Shown here in pieces: positions 1-13,531 of a stretch of DNA of 64,000 nucleotides. Source of the stretch: Octopus sinensis (taxonomy: Eukaryota). The notes below the pieces were generated by a model that was not told the origin of the DNA, made no database searches, and was given only the letters and a program-made list of their open reading frames with translations. The stretch's first letter is position 1, and each line of letters opens with the position of its first letter. The stretch lies in contig NC_043015.1 in NCBI RefSeq assembly GCF_006345805.1, positions 26,226,001 through 26,290,000 of the forward strand. The letters are read 5' to 3'. The position numbers were made by a program, and so were the translations under genes.

Positions 1-2996
1 GCTTGCACTTAAGGATAAAATTTCAGCTAATGATGTTGATATCACAAATCTCAACCACCTACACTATGCATCCGCGAAAATCTCAACGTTCCTATGTGCT
101 GAAAAGATTAGAAAATGGCAACATTCCCACAAAAAGCCTTCTTGGCAAGAGCCTTTGCAACAACAAATTAAACTATTTAGATCTGACATTGAATATTTGA
201 AGAACCTTAAGGTTCACAAGACCACCAAACCTACAAAAACCCCAAAATTACTGAAAACATACAATATGAAAACTATACTTGATATTGATGCCACCATAGA
301 AACCATCAAACAAAAAGTATCTGCCAAAGCTGCCCGCATAGCGAGGTATGAAAAGCGTGTTAGATTTTTCAAGGACAACAACATGTTCATAAATAACCCC
401 AAGAATTTTTACAGGAAGATAGGAAAAACAGCGTTTACTGCAAGGTCTGTACCATCAAAAGAAGAAGTGCAGGGATTTTGGAATAAAATCTGGGCAGAAG
501 AAAAAACACACAACGAAAAGGCCCCCTGGTTGATAGAATATCTACACAACAGGACTCCTTAGAAGAGCAAAAGGGTGTCAAGGTAGAAGATATAAGATCT
601 GCTCTCAGGAGGTCAAGCAAATGGAAGTCTCCAGAAAGGTATAAAATTCCTAACTTCTGGCTGAATGCCTTCCCAGAGAGCCATGAACTGCTAACAGAAC
701 TTTACAATGATGATTTGCAACACCCTAGTAGGATGCCTCCCTGGTTAGTTAATGGGTTAACATTCCTGCTTCCAAAAAGTGAAAAAACAAATGAACCAAA
801 AAACTATAGACCCATAACCTGCTTAACAACTATGTATAAAACGCTAACATCTGTCCTGACGGAATATACCTATAGTTTTTTAACAGACAGCAGCATATTC
901 CCTAATGAACAGAAAGGATGTAAACGTGGATCCTATGGTTGTAAAGATCAACTACTCATCAATAAGATGATCTTAGAAGATTGTCACAAACGACACAAAA
1001 ACTTGTCAATAGCCTGGATAGACTGCGAAACTTTTTGTCTGTAAGTATGAGATCATGGAGAACCACACTAACTTTGAACAATGACAATGAATCTCTAAAT
1101 GCTGGTGATATAAAAATTTCATGTGGCATTTTCCAGGGTGACTCACTGTCACCACTCCTCTTTTGTTTAGCCTTAATACCTCTCTCAAAATTGCTCAATG
1201 ACGCGCAGTACGGGTATAAAATGTTTGATAAAAATATAAATCATCTCATTTACATGGATGATTTAAAGCTCTTTGCAAAAAATAACCAACAACTCAAGGG
1301 CTTACTAGCAATTGTTACACAATTCAGTGACAACATGAGAATGCAATTCGGCCTCGATAAATGTGCAAAAGCTACTTTTATCAAAGGAAAAATGACAGAA
1401 ACATCTAACTTTAACCTTGACCAGCAGAATGTCATAAAAGAACTAGACCCAGCGGAGAGTTACAAGTACCTAGGGGTAATTGACGGGAACGGAATAAGGC
1501 ATTCAGTAATGAAGGAAAGGTTCAGGTGAGAATGTTATCGCAGAATAAGAGCAATACTCAAGACAGAGCTGAATGCAAGAAACAGAATCGAAGCGATCAA
1601 TACATTAGCCATACCAGTCGTGATTTACAGTTTCAATATCGTTAACTGGTCAATTACTGAAATATGTCAGCTCGACAGATAAATAAGAAAACTGTTGACA
1701 ATGCATAGAATGCACCACCCTAAGGCAGATACAGAACGACTTCATCTGCCAAGAAAAGAGGGAGGGCGTGGTCTTCTACAACTGGCAATAACAATGAAGA
1801 TTGCTACAATTGGCCTAGACACCTACCTGAAAAAGTCTGAGGACTGGATGTTAAAACTTGTCTCAAAACATGAAAACAAGAAAGCATCATACTCAGTAGC
1901 AAAATAGGCAAAAGAAATATCTAAGTGAATTCCGAATACAACAAATTTCGGAATTAGACATACAAGAAACAAGCTAAGCGCATGAAAACCCGTGCTAAAA
2001 CTGCTGCCTTAGATATTCTGAATGATAAATGGCGAGAAAAAACTCTCTATGGCATATACCGAAAGAGTGCGAATAATGCAGATGTTGACAAAGCCCTGAC
2101 CCATCAATGGCTAATGGCCTCTGATTTAAAATCTGAAACAGAAGGGTTTATCATAGCAGCTCAAGATCAATGCCTACCAATAAGGAACTACCAGGCCAAC
2201 ATATTAAAGAACGGCAGTAGCCCAACATGTCATGTATGTCAACAACAAAATGTAACCATTGATCATGTTGTTTCCAAGTGCAGGCTTCTAGCGCCTACAG
2301 AGTATCAGAGTATCTCAACAGGCATGATAGAGCTGCACAATATATTCACCGGGTAATCTGCACAAACCTGGATTTGCCCCATGAAAATACTGGTGGGAAC
2401 ACAATCCACCTCCAGTGCTTGAAAATGACCACATCTCACTCCTCAGGAACTTCCCCATTCAAACTGACAGAAAGATAGATGCAAATAGACCAGACATCAT
2501 ATTGAAAGACTTCAAACAAAGAACATGCATCCTCATTGATATGACTGTCCCAATCGATATAAACGTATCTGTCAAGACCTACCAAAAACTGAGCAAATAT
2601 AAAGATCATGAAATAGAAATCAGCAAAATGTGGAACCTGAAGACTAAAACAATACCTGTTGTCATAGGTGTTCTGGGAATGATAGGAAAAGGGGCTGATT
2701 GCTACCTAACTCAGATACCAGGAAACCCCAAAATGGCAGAAATTCAAAAGATAGTGCTCATGGGAACTGCTCATATCCTACGCAAAATATTTACTATGTA
2801 ATCTCAAGTTTTAAAACAAACATAATTTTGTTGGGTTTTTTTCAGACATTCATTAGTACAACACTAAATACAAAACCAAATATATGGCACACTAGGTATA
2901 ACAACATCAGGAACTTCCAACCTGTAGTTTCTTGAGGTCTCTGGGTGAGACTTGGAGCCAACTTGTACAAATATAAAGCAAAAGTCAAACATGGAA
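1..2996 (+). mobile_element. R4/Dong-clade non-LTR retrotransposon copy A (5' end outside window; decayed)
   Basis: Fragmented ORFs carry RT motifs (NYRPITCL, EQKGC, GIFQGDSLSPLLF, YMDDLKLF), a CCHC knuckle (CHVC..TIDHVVSKC), RHD and the RLE motif RPDI..IDMT..K..KY. It ends in a (TAA)n tail. There are stops, frameshifts and a ~77-bp deletion at ~1024 that removes DYKKAFDS. Confidence 0.92.
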
Positions 2997-3051
2997 TAAT
3001 CATAATAATAATAACAACAATAACAACAACAACAATAACAATAACAATAAC

Positions 3052-3118
<67 letters not shown>
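2997..3118 (+). repeat. (TAA/CAA)n tail/target microsatellite of element A
   Basis: Directly visible trinucleotide run after the 3' UTR end ...gcaaaagtcaaacatggaa. Confidence 0.95.
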
Positions 3119-3899
3119 GGAAGGCGGCTGGACGTGACAGAGGATGGACGTATTTTTACGATGCTCTGAACTGGCAACAACGAACCCAGCAGGGCAACTG
3201 AAAAAAAAAACAACTGTAGAAAACTGGAAGATCTACTGTTTTCTGTGAGTAATTTGAATTTCCCTCAAAATAAGTTTAAAAACTTACATATCTACAGCTC
3301 ATACAAACGTACACCTAACAAGAAAATTAGAAACATAAATATCTCCAATTCTGTGTGAACATTTACATTTAGTCGTCTCTCATAACTATAAGAATGTGTA
3401 AAATTGCCTTTTAAATTACCTTTTATTGTAACAATACAATTAAATGCACGATAAAAAGTTATGGAATTCAGCACCTACTAATATATACATACAACTAAAT
3501 TCAGAAATTTAAAAAATTTATACATAACATTGAACTCAGAAAGTTTTTTATTAAAAAAAATCATCGACGTAAATATCAGATAGTATGTGAGTGAGTATAC
3601 ATATACATATGTTTGTGGAGAGGAAGAAAAGAGAAAGAAAAAAAAAATAATAAATAAATGTAAACAGGCTTGACCTTTTACTGACCATTAACGTCCTTTG
3701 TCTCCACCATCGGCCGAATCTATTTATAGACCCAAAGAACATGAATTCTTTAACCAACGATTCTCCCACACAATGACAGTAGGAGTGTTGATAGTGGCTG
3801 TGGCTACACATAAAACAATGTCATTGATGATGATGATGGTGATGGTGATGTTGCTGATGATGGTGATGGTGGTGAAGGTGATAGTAATAACAATAATAA

Positions 3900-6800
3900 C
3901 TGACAGATCCCGTCTTTTTCACTTTTTTTCTTTTCCTTCTCCGTATTTCGAACTAATACAGGCAGAGTGAGCCTTGAAGAAAGGAAGAGGGAAAAAAAAT
4001 GTTCGGAGATAAAACTATCAACAAAACAAATACAGACGAATATAGATCTGCTAGTCTTAAGAAGCGGCGCTATGAGCAATACTTACATGTAGTGAACCCT
4101 AAACTGACAGATCCATAAGAATGGAAGCTCGTCATGCTTCAAGGCCAACAAATCAAACAATAAACCTCATTGGTCATTCCGCGGATTACAAAAGACCACG
4201 TACCCGAAAACTGAACCAAATTCTGATTGAAAAATCAGCTACTGGATCAAATATTCCCAACACACAGGAGCTGGACGTACCCCACAACCGGAATATTCCA
4301 ACAGATGGCCATCCATGCTCATCACCAAATAATCAAAAGAAAAAGAAGGAAAATGCTCTAGGGAAGATAATAAAGAAGTTCTTGAGGCCTTCTACCATGC
4401 CATATATTTCCCCACAGATAAATCTAGCACTGTACAAGCATACTTAAACTGGAGACAGAAACACCCTAAAGTAAGACCCTACATAGACAGTAACAAACTT
4501 GCCAACGTCAGAAGAAACATTATAAAAAACAAATTACTGACTGAAGTAGAGATTGATCAAGTTAGACAAGCAATATCGGATAAAATGAACGAAGCTGCAG
4601 CTAGAGAAGATAATATAGAGGAAATAATTATAGACCAGCCCAGGGCTGATAAAAACGAAGTGAGGATTGAAAGAGTTAATATAAGTGATAGGCAAAGTGA
4701 AATACTCCCTGAACCAATCATAAACACTAAGACAGATGAGCATCAAATAGATAAAGAAAGTCACACAAATATTGACCCAACAGAACTACATGAGCTAAAA
4801 AATCAAATCATGATTGAATGGCTGAAAATTAAAGAAACCAGCAGGGATCAACGTGATACACTTCTTAAAATCCTTAAATCTAACCTAAACATGAAAATAA
4901 TTGGTAAAATCCGGCTTGCACTTAAGGATATAATTTCAGCTAATGATGTTGATATCACAAACCTCAACCACCTATATTATACATCCGCGAAAATCTCAAC
5001 GAACCTATGTGGTGTGAAGATTGGAAAACGGCAACATTCCCACAAAAAGCCTTCTTGGCAAGAGCATTTGCAACAACAAATTAAAATATTTAGATCTGAC
5101 ATTGAATATTTGAAAAACCTTAAGGCTAACAAGACTACCAAACCTACAAAAATCCAAAAATTACTGAAAAAATACAATATGAAAACTATACTTGATATTG
5201 ATGCCACCATAGAAACCATCAAACAAAAGGTATCTGCCAAAGCTGCCAGCATAGTGAGGTATGAAAAGCGTGTTAGATTTTTCAAGGACAACAACATGTT
5301 CAAAAATAACACCAAGAAACAAATGAACCAAAAAACTATAGACCCATAACCTACTTAACAACTATGTATAAAACGCTAACATCTGTCCTGACGGAATATA
5401 CCTATAGTATTTTAACAGACAGCAGCATATTCCCTAATGAACAGAAAGGATGTAAACGTGGATCCTATGGTTGTAAAGATCAACTACTCATCAATAAGAT
5501 GATCTTAGAAGATTGTCACAAACGACACAAAAACTTGTCAATAGCCTGGATAGACTATAAAAAGACTTTTGATAGCCTACCACATAGCTGGATTAGGAAA
5601 TGCCTGGAAATGTATAAGATAGCACCCAATCTGCGAAACTTTTTCACTGTAAGTATGAGATCATGGAGAACCACACTAACTCTGAACAGTGACAATGAAT
5701 CCCTAAATGCTGGTGATGTAAAAATTTCATGTGGCATTTTCCAGGGTGACTCACTGTCACCACTCCTCTTTTGTTTAGCTTTAATACCTCTCTCAAAATT
5801 GCTCAATGACGCGCAGTATTGGTATAAAATGTTTGATAAAAATATAAATCATCTCATTTACATGGATTATTTAAAGCTTTTTGCAAAAAATGACCAACAA
5901 CTCAAGGGCTTACTAGCGATAGTCAAACAATTCAGTGACGACATCAGAATGCAATTCGGCCACGATAAATGTGCAAAAGCTACCTTTATCAAAGGAAAAA
6001 TGACAAAAACATCTAACGTTAACCATGACAAGACAGAGCTGAATGCAAGAAACAGGATCGAAGCGATCAATGCATTAGCTATACCAGTCGTGACTTACAG
6101 TTTAAATATTGTTAACAAGTCAATTACTGAAATATGTCAGCTCGACAGAAAAATAAGAAAACTTTTGACAATGCATAGAATGCACCACCCTAAGGCAGAT
6201 ACAGAACGACTTTATCTGCCAAGAAAAGAGGGAGGCCGTGGTCTTTTGCAACTGGCAATAACATTGAAGATTGCTACAATTGGCCTAGACACCTACCTGA
6301 AAAGTCTGAGGACTGTATGTTAAAACTTGTCTCAAAACATGAAAACAAGAAAGCATCATACTCAGTAGCAAAAAATGCAAAGGAATATCTAAGTGAATTC
6401 CGAATACAACCAATTTCGGAATTAGAGATAGACATACAAGAAACAAGCACAGAAAAAGCTAAGCACATGAAAACCCGTGCCAAAACTGCTGCCTTAGATA
6501 TTCTGAATAATAAATGGCAAGACAAACCTCTCTATGACAAATACCCAAAGACAGCAAATAATGCAGATATTGACAAAGCCCTGACCCATCAATGGCTAAT
6601 AGCCTCTGGCTTAAAATCTGAAAAGAGGGTTTATCATAACAGCTCAAGATCAATGCCTACCAACAAGAAACTACCAGGCCAACATACTAAAGAACGGCAG
6701 TAGCCTAACATGTCGTGTATGCCGACAACAAAATGAAACCATCGATCATGTTGTCTCCAAGTGCAGTCTTCTAGCGCCTACAGAGTACCTCAACAGGCAT

Positions 6801-7467
6801 GATAGAGCTGCACAATATATTCACCGGGTAATTTGCGAAAACCTGGATTTGCCCCATGAAAAAAACTGGTGGGAACACAATCCACCTCCAGTGCTTGAAA
6901 ATGACCACATCTCACTCCTCTGGAACTTCCCCATTCAAACTGAGAGAAAGATAGATGCAAATAGGCCAGACATCATATTGAAAGACTTCAGACAAAGAAC
7001 ATGCCTCCTCATTGATATGACTGTCCCAATCGATATAAACGTATCTGTCAAGACCTACCAAAAACTGAGCAAATATAAAGATCTTGAAATAGAAATCAGC
7101 AAAATGTGGAACCTGAAGACTAAAACACTACCTGTTGTCAAAGGTGCCCTGGGAATGATAGCGAAAGGGCTGATTACTACCTAAGTCAGATACCAGGAAA
7201 CCCCAAAATGGCAGAAATTCAAAAGATAGTGCTTATGGGAACAGCTCACATCCTACGCAAAATACTCTCTATGTAATCCCAAGGTTTAAAACGAACTTTT
7301 TTTTTAAATCTATGTATTAGACATTCACTAGTACAACACCAAAAAGACCCCAAATATATGACACATTAGGCATAACAACAACGTGAACTTCCAACCTGCT
7401 GTCTCTTGAGGTCTCTGGTTGAGACTTGGAGCCAACCTGAACAGACATAAAGCAAAAGTCAACCATA

Positions 7468-7470
<3 letters not shown>
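3900..7470 (+). mobile_element. R4/Dong-clade retrotransposon copy B (both ends present, internally deleted)
   Basis: Starts ctgacagatcc after (TAA)n. Contains the N-terminal ORF 4585-5349, RT ORF 5364-6323 (YMDY instead of YMDD) and RLE 6849-7184. Deletions lie at ~5315 and ~6030. (TAA)n tail at 7471-7553. Confidence 0.92.
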
Positions 7471-7529
<59 letters not shown>

Positions 7530-7776
7530 TAATAATAATAATAATAATAATAAGTAGGTGTAAACCACTGATGAGGTCACAGGAGTGTGACGAAAGAACT
7601 CTGGCCGAAATAAGATCAAGATTAATGTAAAAAAAATGAATAACGCTGAAGCAAAGTAATATATAGTGCGTGTGTTTTTATTGGCTAAACTGGCAAAATT
7701 ACCATTCCGAAATACAACAATATCTGTTTCAACACACGATTTCACATCAAAAATCTTGCAAAGCAAATATATATAT

Positions 7777-7838
<62 letters not shown>

Positions 7839-8649
7839 TTATCTATATATATATAACTTCTTTTTATTTGTTTCACCCTTTACACTATGGCCATGTTGGT
7901 GCACAGCGTTGAAGGATGTAGTCGAAAAAATCGATCCCACTATTTACTTTCTAATTTTTGCAAGTATTCTATTGTTTTCTTTTGTGGAATCGCCAAGTCA
8001 CTGGGACGTAAGCAAACCTACACCGGGAGTGAAGCAAAGCGCGCAAAATAAATGTAAATACTATGATACTTACCATAGATACTCAGTCACACATTTGTAT
8101 GTGCATGTATTTATTCACATACACGCACGTGTACATTCGTTGAGATATACATTATGTGTGTGTGTGTGTGTGTGTGTGTCTGTCTGTCTGTGTGTATCTT
8201 CTCATTTGACTTCTTATGCTTTGTAAAATGAAATAATATTCATGTCTTTCTCAAAGGAAAGGCACTTCTATAATTTTTCATCCCCTTCCTCCTCCACTTT
8301 CTTCTTTTAGAGAGATAAAGATAGATAGATAAAGAGAGAGAGAGAGAGAGAGTGAGGGAGATTTGTTGTTCGATATATTCGATCTTCACAGAATATCAGC
8401 TACGCTGAGCATGAGCAAATATGTGTTGGAACGATGTAATTTTGCAGGATTTCTTTGATTAAAATATTCAGAAATTTCATTAATGACATTGAACGTTCAA
8501 TATTTTCACTAATTAACTTATCGCATGATTGATATATATTGCCTTTGATACATTTGAAGAATTTTTCCTGTAACATGTTTATTTCTTTATATTATTATTA
8601 GAATTCTTCTTCTTGTTCCTCTTTTTCTTCTTCATCCTCTTCTACTTCT

Positions 8650-8672
8650 TCTTTCTTCTTCTTCTTCTTCTT

Positions 8673-8758
<86 letters not shown>

Positions 8759-8760
8759 CA
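8650..8760. repeat. compound (TTC)n(TTA)n microsatellite
   Basis: Directly visible. Confidence 0.95.
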
Positions 8761-9359
8761 TCGTTGTTATTGTCTTTATAGTTTCCTAATGTTTTCGCAT
8801 ATCTTATCGGCAATGCATTTTTAAATGTTCACGTTAATAAATGTTTGTCATTTCAAGAAAAATATAATTTTTAGCAAAATATAAAATAAAAGCTATAACA
8901 CTTTTTAAGTAAAACCTGATTACTAAATATTTAATAACATACAGATATAAATGTATTTATGTGTTATTAATCTTTATCGATCAGACTCAATATCGATCAT
9001 CGTATGGGAGTTATTATGTATAAATTTTAGGATTCGTCGTCCACATTATATACCGTTTAGCGAATATTGGAATTAGCAAAAGAATTTAAGTTTTTCTTTT
9101 GTAGTTATTTTCTATGTCGTTGTTTCTTCGTTTTATTTAATATTTGTTGGTTTTGTGTCGAAAAGAACGATAATGGGTTTCTTTTTAAATATATTCTACT
9201 TGGCGAAACATAATTATTCAAATTTAATCAAGTGGATACGCATGTACAAATAAATGGATGCATATATTCACGTATGTTCTATGTACGAATATATGTATAT
9301 AAGTACGTATATATCGATACTTGCTGAGTATATATGTTTGTGTGTGTTGGTATATATAT

Positions 9360-9438
<79 letters not shown>

Positions 9439-9554
9439 ATCATGTATATCCTTTTCTATCAATTATGCATCTACTTGTGTGTGCGCGTGTTTGTGTGTGT
9501 ACGTATCTATGGACACAAACATATGCAGATATATTTTCATAGTCATAAACACCA

Positions 9555-10590
9555 TGTGTTTCATAAAACCATTTTACGCACATGAGTTTTTATATGACAG
9601 GAGTCAGACAGTGGTGGCCAGTGCATCCACCTCTAAGGAAATACAAATTGTGATTGGTGTTCTACAGGGCACTGTCTTCAGGACTCAGCTATTCATAATG
9701 GCTCTCAGACATTCCCTTAGATAGTAAGATAGCCATTCATGCTAGCAATACAGACAATACAAAAGTCTCTCAGAGAATACATGATCCTGGAGATTTCGCG
9801 TACTACAACAGGATTTGGGTTCAATATCCAGGTGGGCGTCAGACAATAATATGCAGAGTAATGCTGGAAAGTGTTTAATGAAATGCAGATATGAAATAAT
9901 GGTCCCACAACCAAAGCTAGTGCGTCACCTGCGCATTGACAAGAGTAACGATGCATCTATCCAGGCGCATTTTACTATGTTGGCAACAAATACAGACAAG
10001 AGAATAGGAAACAAGGATGTTCTTTGGAGGACATATATCCGCAGCCGCTTAGACTACTGCTTTCAACTATGGCCACCACACAGTGCAAAATTAACGATGC
10101 AACTCGAAACAAACCAACGAAACTATACAAAGAAGATCGACTTCATACGACAGGTCAGCAAGTGGGCAAGGTTGAAAACTTTACGGCATTACTCCCCTGA
10201 ATGAAGGCTGAAAAGGCGTGAAGGCATATACATCGGGAAAATGAACAGAGCGCCTCTACCTGGTGCCAAACATTGCAAGATAGCCATCAAGATATTGGAC
10301 CAGACACTGCAGTAGTTTGGGTTTCAAGGACCTACAGTTCTTCAATATTCTCCCAAAATTTCTGCGAGACAGACATGGGGTTCTTCAAAAGAAAACTGGT
10401 TCTCCTATCCCGGTTTTCGGACGAGCCTACCTCACGACAGGAAATGTGGGGACAGCAACATTAAACTCCCTCATTCACTAAATGTCATATATCAGAAAAA
10501 CTTCCAAGTAGTGAAAGTGTAGCATAGCTAACAGCAGTGCTCCAGCATGGGCTCAGCTTTCGAGTGAAACTTCTTAAAGAATTAAAGTAT
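9555..10590 (+). mobile_element. degenerate CR1/L2-group LINE 3' fragment
   Basis: FLYDRSQTVV...GVLQGTVFRTQLF resembles RT GVPQGSVLGPLLF. LWRTYIRSRLDYCFQLWPPH..LETNQRNYTKKI..RLKTL resembles the CR1-type C-terminus. 3' end is gtgctccagcatgg...tgaaac. Confidence 0.75.
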
Positions 10591-11239
10591 TTACATGTGT
10601 GTGTGGGAGAGAGGTGTAAACACATATAAATATTTATATATGACCACACCCAACCGTATATAAGAGACAGGGATAGGATAGTTCTCCCAAAACTTTGTTG
10701 CGGGAAACAGTCCAGAAAATTCGACTAAGATTCAAAACGAGGAACTTTGTCCTATGCTTCCAAAATACGGCAAAAGTGATAACATTTTATTTTAAATAGG
10801 ACAGAAATAGGACAACAAGTTGCCTAGACATTGGATTCAAAATCACACATTAAGAATTGTATACCAGCCGTGCGATTACACCAGCATATGAGAAACCTGG
10901 ACTGTACGAGGGCTCCTTAAACATCTAACCATATTCGGCACTAACGATTAAGTCACATGTTCACTTACGGAGCGTGTGTGCAAGTATTTGAAGCAGGATA
11001 TAATTGCTTTATTTTCAATGAAAAAAAGAGGAAAAATATCTCGTAATGTACGTGATGTTTTACTGCCGTAAAAAATTAAATAAAAACAGATTATTGTAAA
11101 GTATTGACGAACGAAGCAATATGAAATTACTTTACTACGTTAAATTTTAATGACTCTACAAGGAAAATGATTTGGAAATTCAGCCTAATGACATAATCCC
11201 GGCATTGAAAGTGCTAGAATTATAATAACAAGTTAATTA

Positions 11240-11286
<47 letters not shown>

Positions 11287-11691
11287 TTGCTGCTGCTGCT
11301 GCTGGTACTACAACACCCACACTACATTCAAACATTCACACATACATACACATACATGCATATGTATAAAAATACATATACCTGCATGTATGTATGTACT
11401 CACACATGTATATAATGCAATAGTAATCACAAGAAGGGCGCGCGGCAAATAAACTCAGTAAAACTCCCACTTATGTTAGACAAACAATATTCGATACTCG
11501 AATACCAAAGGCAGAGTGATATATTTTTTTTATTACAGCTGCAAAATCATCACAGAACAGTCATTCAGAAATTTACAATCTCGTTCATTGGACAGTTGTG
11601 ATGAATACTGTGATGCAACCACCACAACTGTACGACGAACGGGAACGTGAAACTATGGGTTCTGTGATGGTTTTTCAGCTTCAACACAAAT

Positions 11692-11736
<45 letters not shown>

Positions 11737-11994
11737 TCGTTTATTTTCCACCTGCCTTCGTCTTTTGTTTATTTTCATAAAGCTTCCCGTTATATATATA
11801 TATATATACATACAGAGAGAGAGAGAGTGAGATACAAGTACAAGCGCACACAAATAATTTTGTGGTATGCAAATAATATTTCTATAATTCTCAACTCTAA
11901 TATTTATTTTGAAGTAAATTATAGGACCTACAAATTGTTATTGTAATAACAGTTTCAAATTTTTCAAAAAAAAGAGTACCAATTTTGTGGGAGG

Positions 11995-12532
11995 GGATCT
12001 GTTGTTTACATCGACGCCAGTGTTGAACGGGTACTTATTTTATCGATGAAAAGAATGAAAAGCAAAGTCGACCACTGCAGAATGTGAACTCAGAACGTAG
12101 CAAATGGCGAAATATCTATTTCTTTACTACTCCAAAGGTGCTAAACACAGAGAGGACAAACAAGGACAGACAAACGGATTAAGTCGATTATATCAACCCC
12201 AGTGTGTACCTGGTACTTATTTAATCGAGCCCGAGGGATGAAAGGCAAAGTCAACCTCGGTGGAATTTTAACTCAGAACGTAACGGCAGACGAAATACCT
12301 ATTTCTTTACTACCCACAAGGTGCTAAACACAGAGGGGACAAACAAGGACAGACACACGGATTAAGTTGATTACATAGACCCCAGTACGTAACTGGTACT
12401 TATTTAATCGACCCCGAAAGGATGAAAGGCAAAGTCGACCTCGGCGGAATTTGAACTCACAACGTAACGGCAGACGAAATACCGCTAGGCATTTCGCCCG
12501 GCGTGCTAACGATTCTGCCAGCTCGCCGCCTT
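11995..12532 (-). mobile_element. tRNA-derived SINE (Meta-domain-like) with ~181-bp internal tandem triplication
   Basis: Minus-strand head ggcggcgagctggcagaatcgttagc (A-box-like), gagttcaaattcc (B box), then gcctttcatcctttcggggtcgat..aagtaccag. The body is repeated three times. Confidence 0.8.
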
Positions 12533-12734
12533 ATCCTGGATTGTAATAAGATGTACTTCAACAGGAAGCAGCTAGGAACTACCTAAACTATCTAGACAAG
12601 ATGTATATATAAAGAGACCGATATAATAAATACCAGACTTACAAAGAATAAGTCCTGGGATTGATTGGTTCGACTAAAGGCGGTGCTCGAGCATGGCTGC
12701 AGTCAAATAACTGAAACAAATAAAATACACACAT

Positions 12735-12793
<59 letters not shown>

Positions 12794-13124
12794 ACAAGTG
12801 TTAGGAATCCAAGAGACCAGAAAATTAGCTTCAGTATCGGAGAGAATGTGACAAGTGAACAGTGAAAAATGGAGTTGTTAGCATGACATGTTTTCACCGA
12901 TGTACGATTGTTTCAATTAAATATGATTGAGAAATCATCTAACGCGCACAAGAGCATGTGAAAGAGAAACGATACAGACATATCGATCATAAAATACGTA
13001 TTATATAATCGATATGATAGGATTATTGTGCTTTTCCATGCATGTCCTGATGGATGTTATATATTTTGTCAACGTAACGTTATCGAAACAATGCAAAAAG
13101 AGGAATACGTGTAATATTATTTTC

Positions 13125-13330
13125 TACTATAGGCACAAAGCCTGAAATTTTCGGAGAGGAAATAAGTCGTTTATATCAACACCACTGCTTCACTGATACT
13201 GATTTTATCGCCCCTAGTAGGATAAATGGTAAAGCTGGTTACAGTGGAATTTGAACACAGAACGTAAAGATGTACGAAATGCGGCTAAGCACCTTCTTCG
13301 GAGTGCCAACAATTCTTTCAAGCTCACTAC
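13125..13330 (-). mobile_element. degenerate copy of the same SINE family as 11995-12532
   Basis: Colinear similarity (tttatcgccc..ggataaatggtaaag..ggaatttgaacacagaacgtaaaga..cgaaat). Another relic lies at ~14350-14540. Confidence 0.6.
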
Positions 13331-13359
13331 TTTAGAATACGTGAAATATTAACTAATGT

Positions 13360-13373
13360 ATATATATACATAC

Positions 13374-13454
<81 letters not shown>

Positions 13455-13459
13455 TATAT

Positions 13460-13531
<72 letters not shown>
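13360..13531. repeat. (TA)n + (GATA)n microsatellite
   Basis: Directly visible. Confidence 0.95.

Noticed and set aside
5364-6323. Functional reverse transcriptase CDS
   Set aside because: The catalytic YMDD is YMDY, the RT N-terminus is deleted, and there is an internal deletion and a frameshift.
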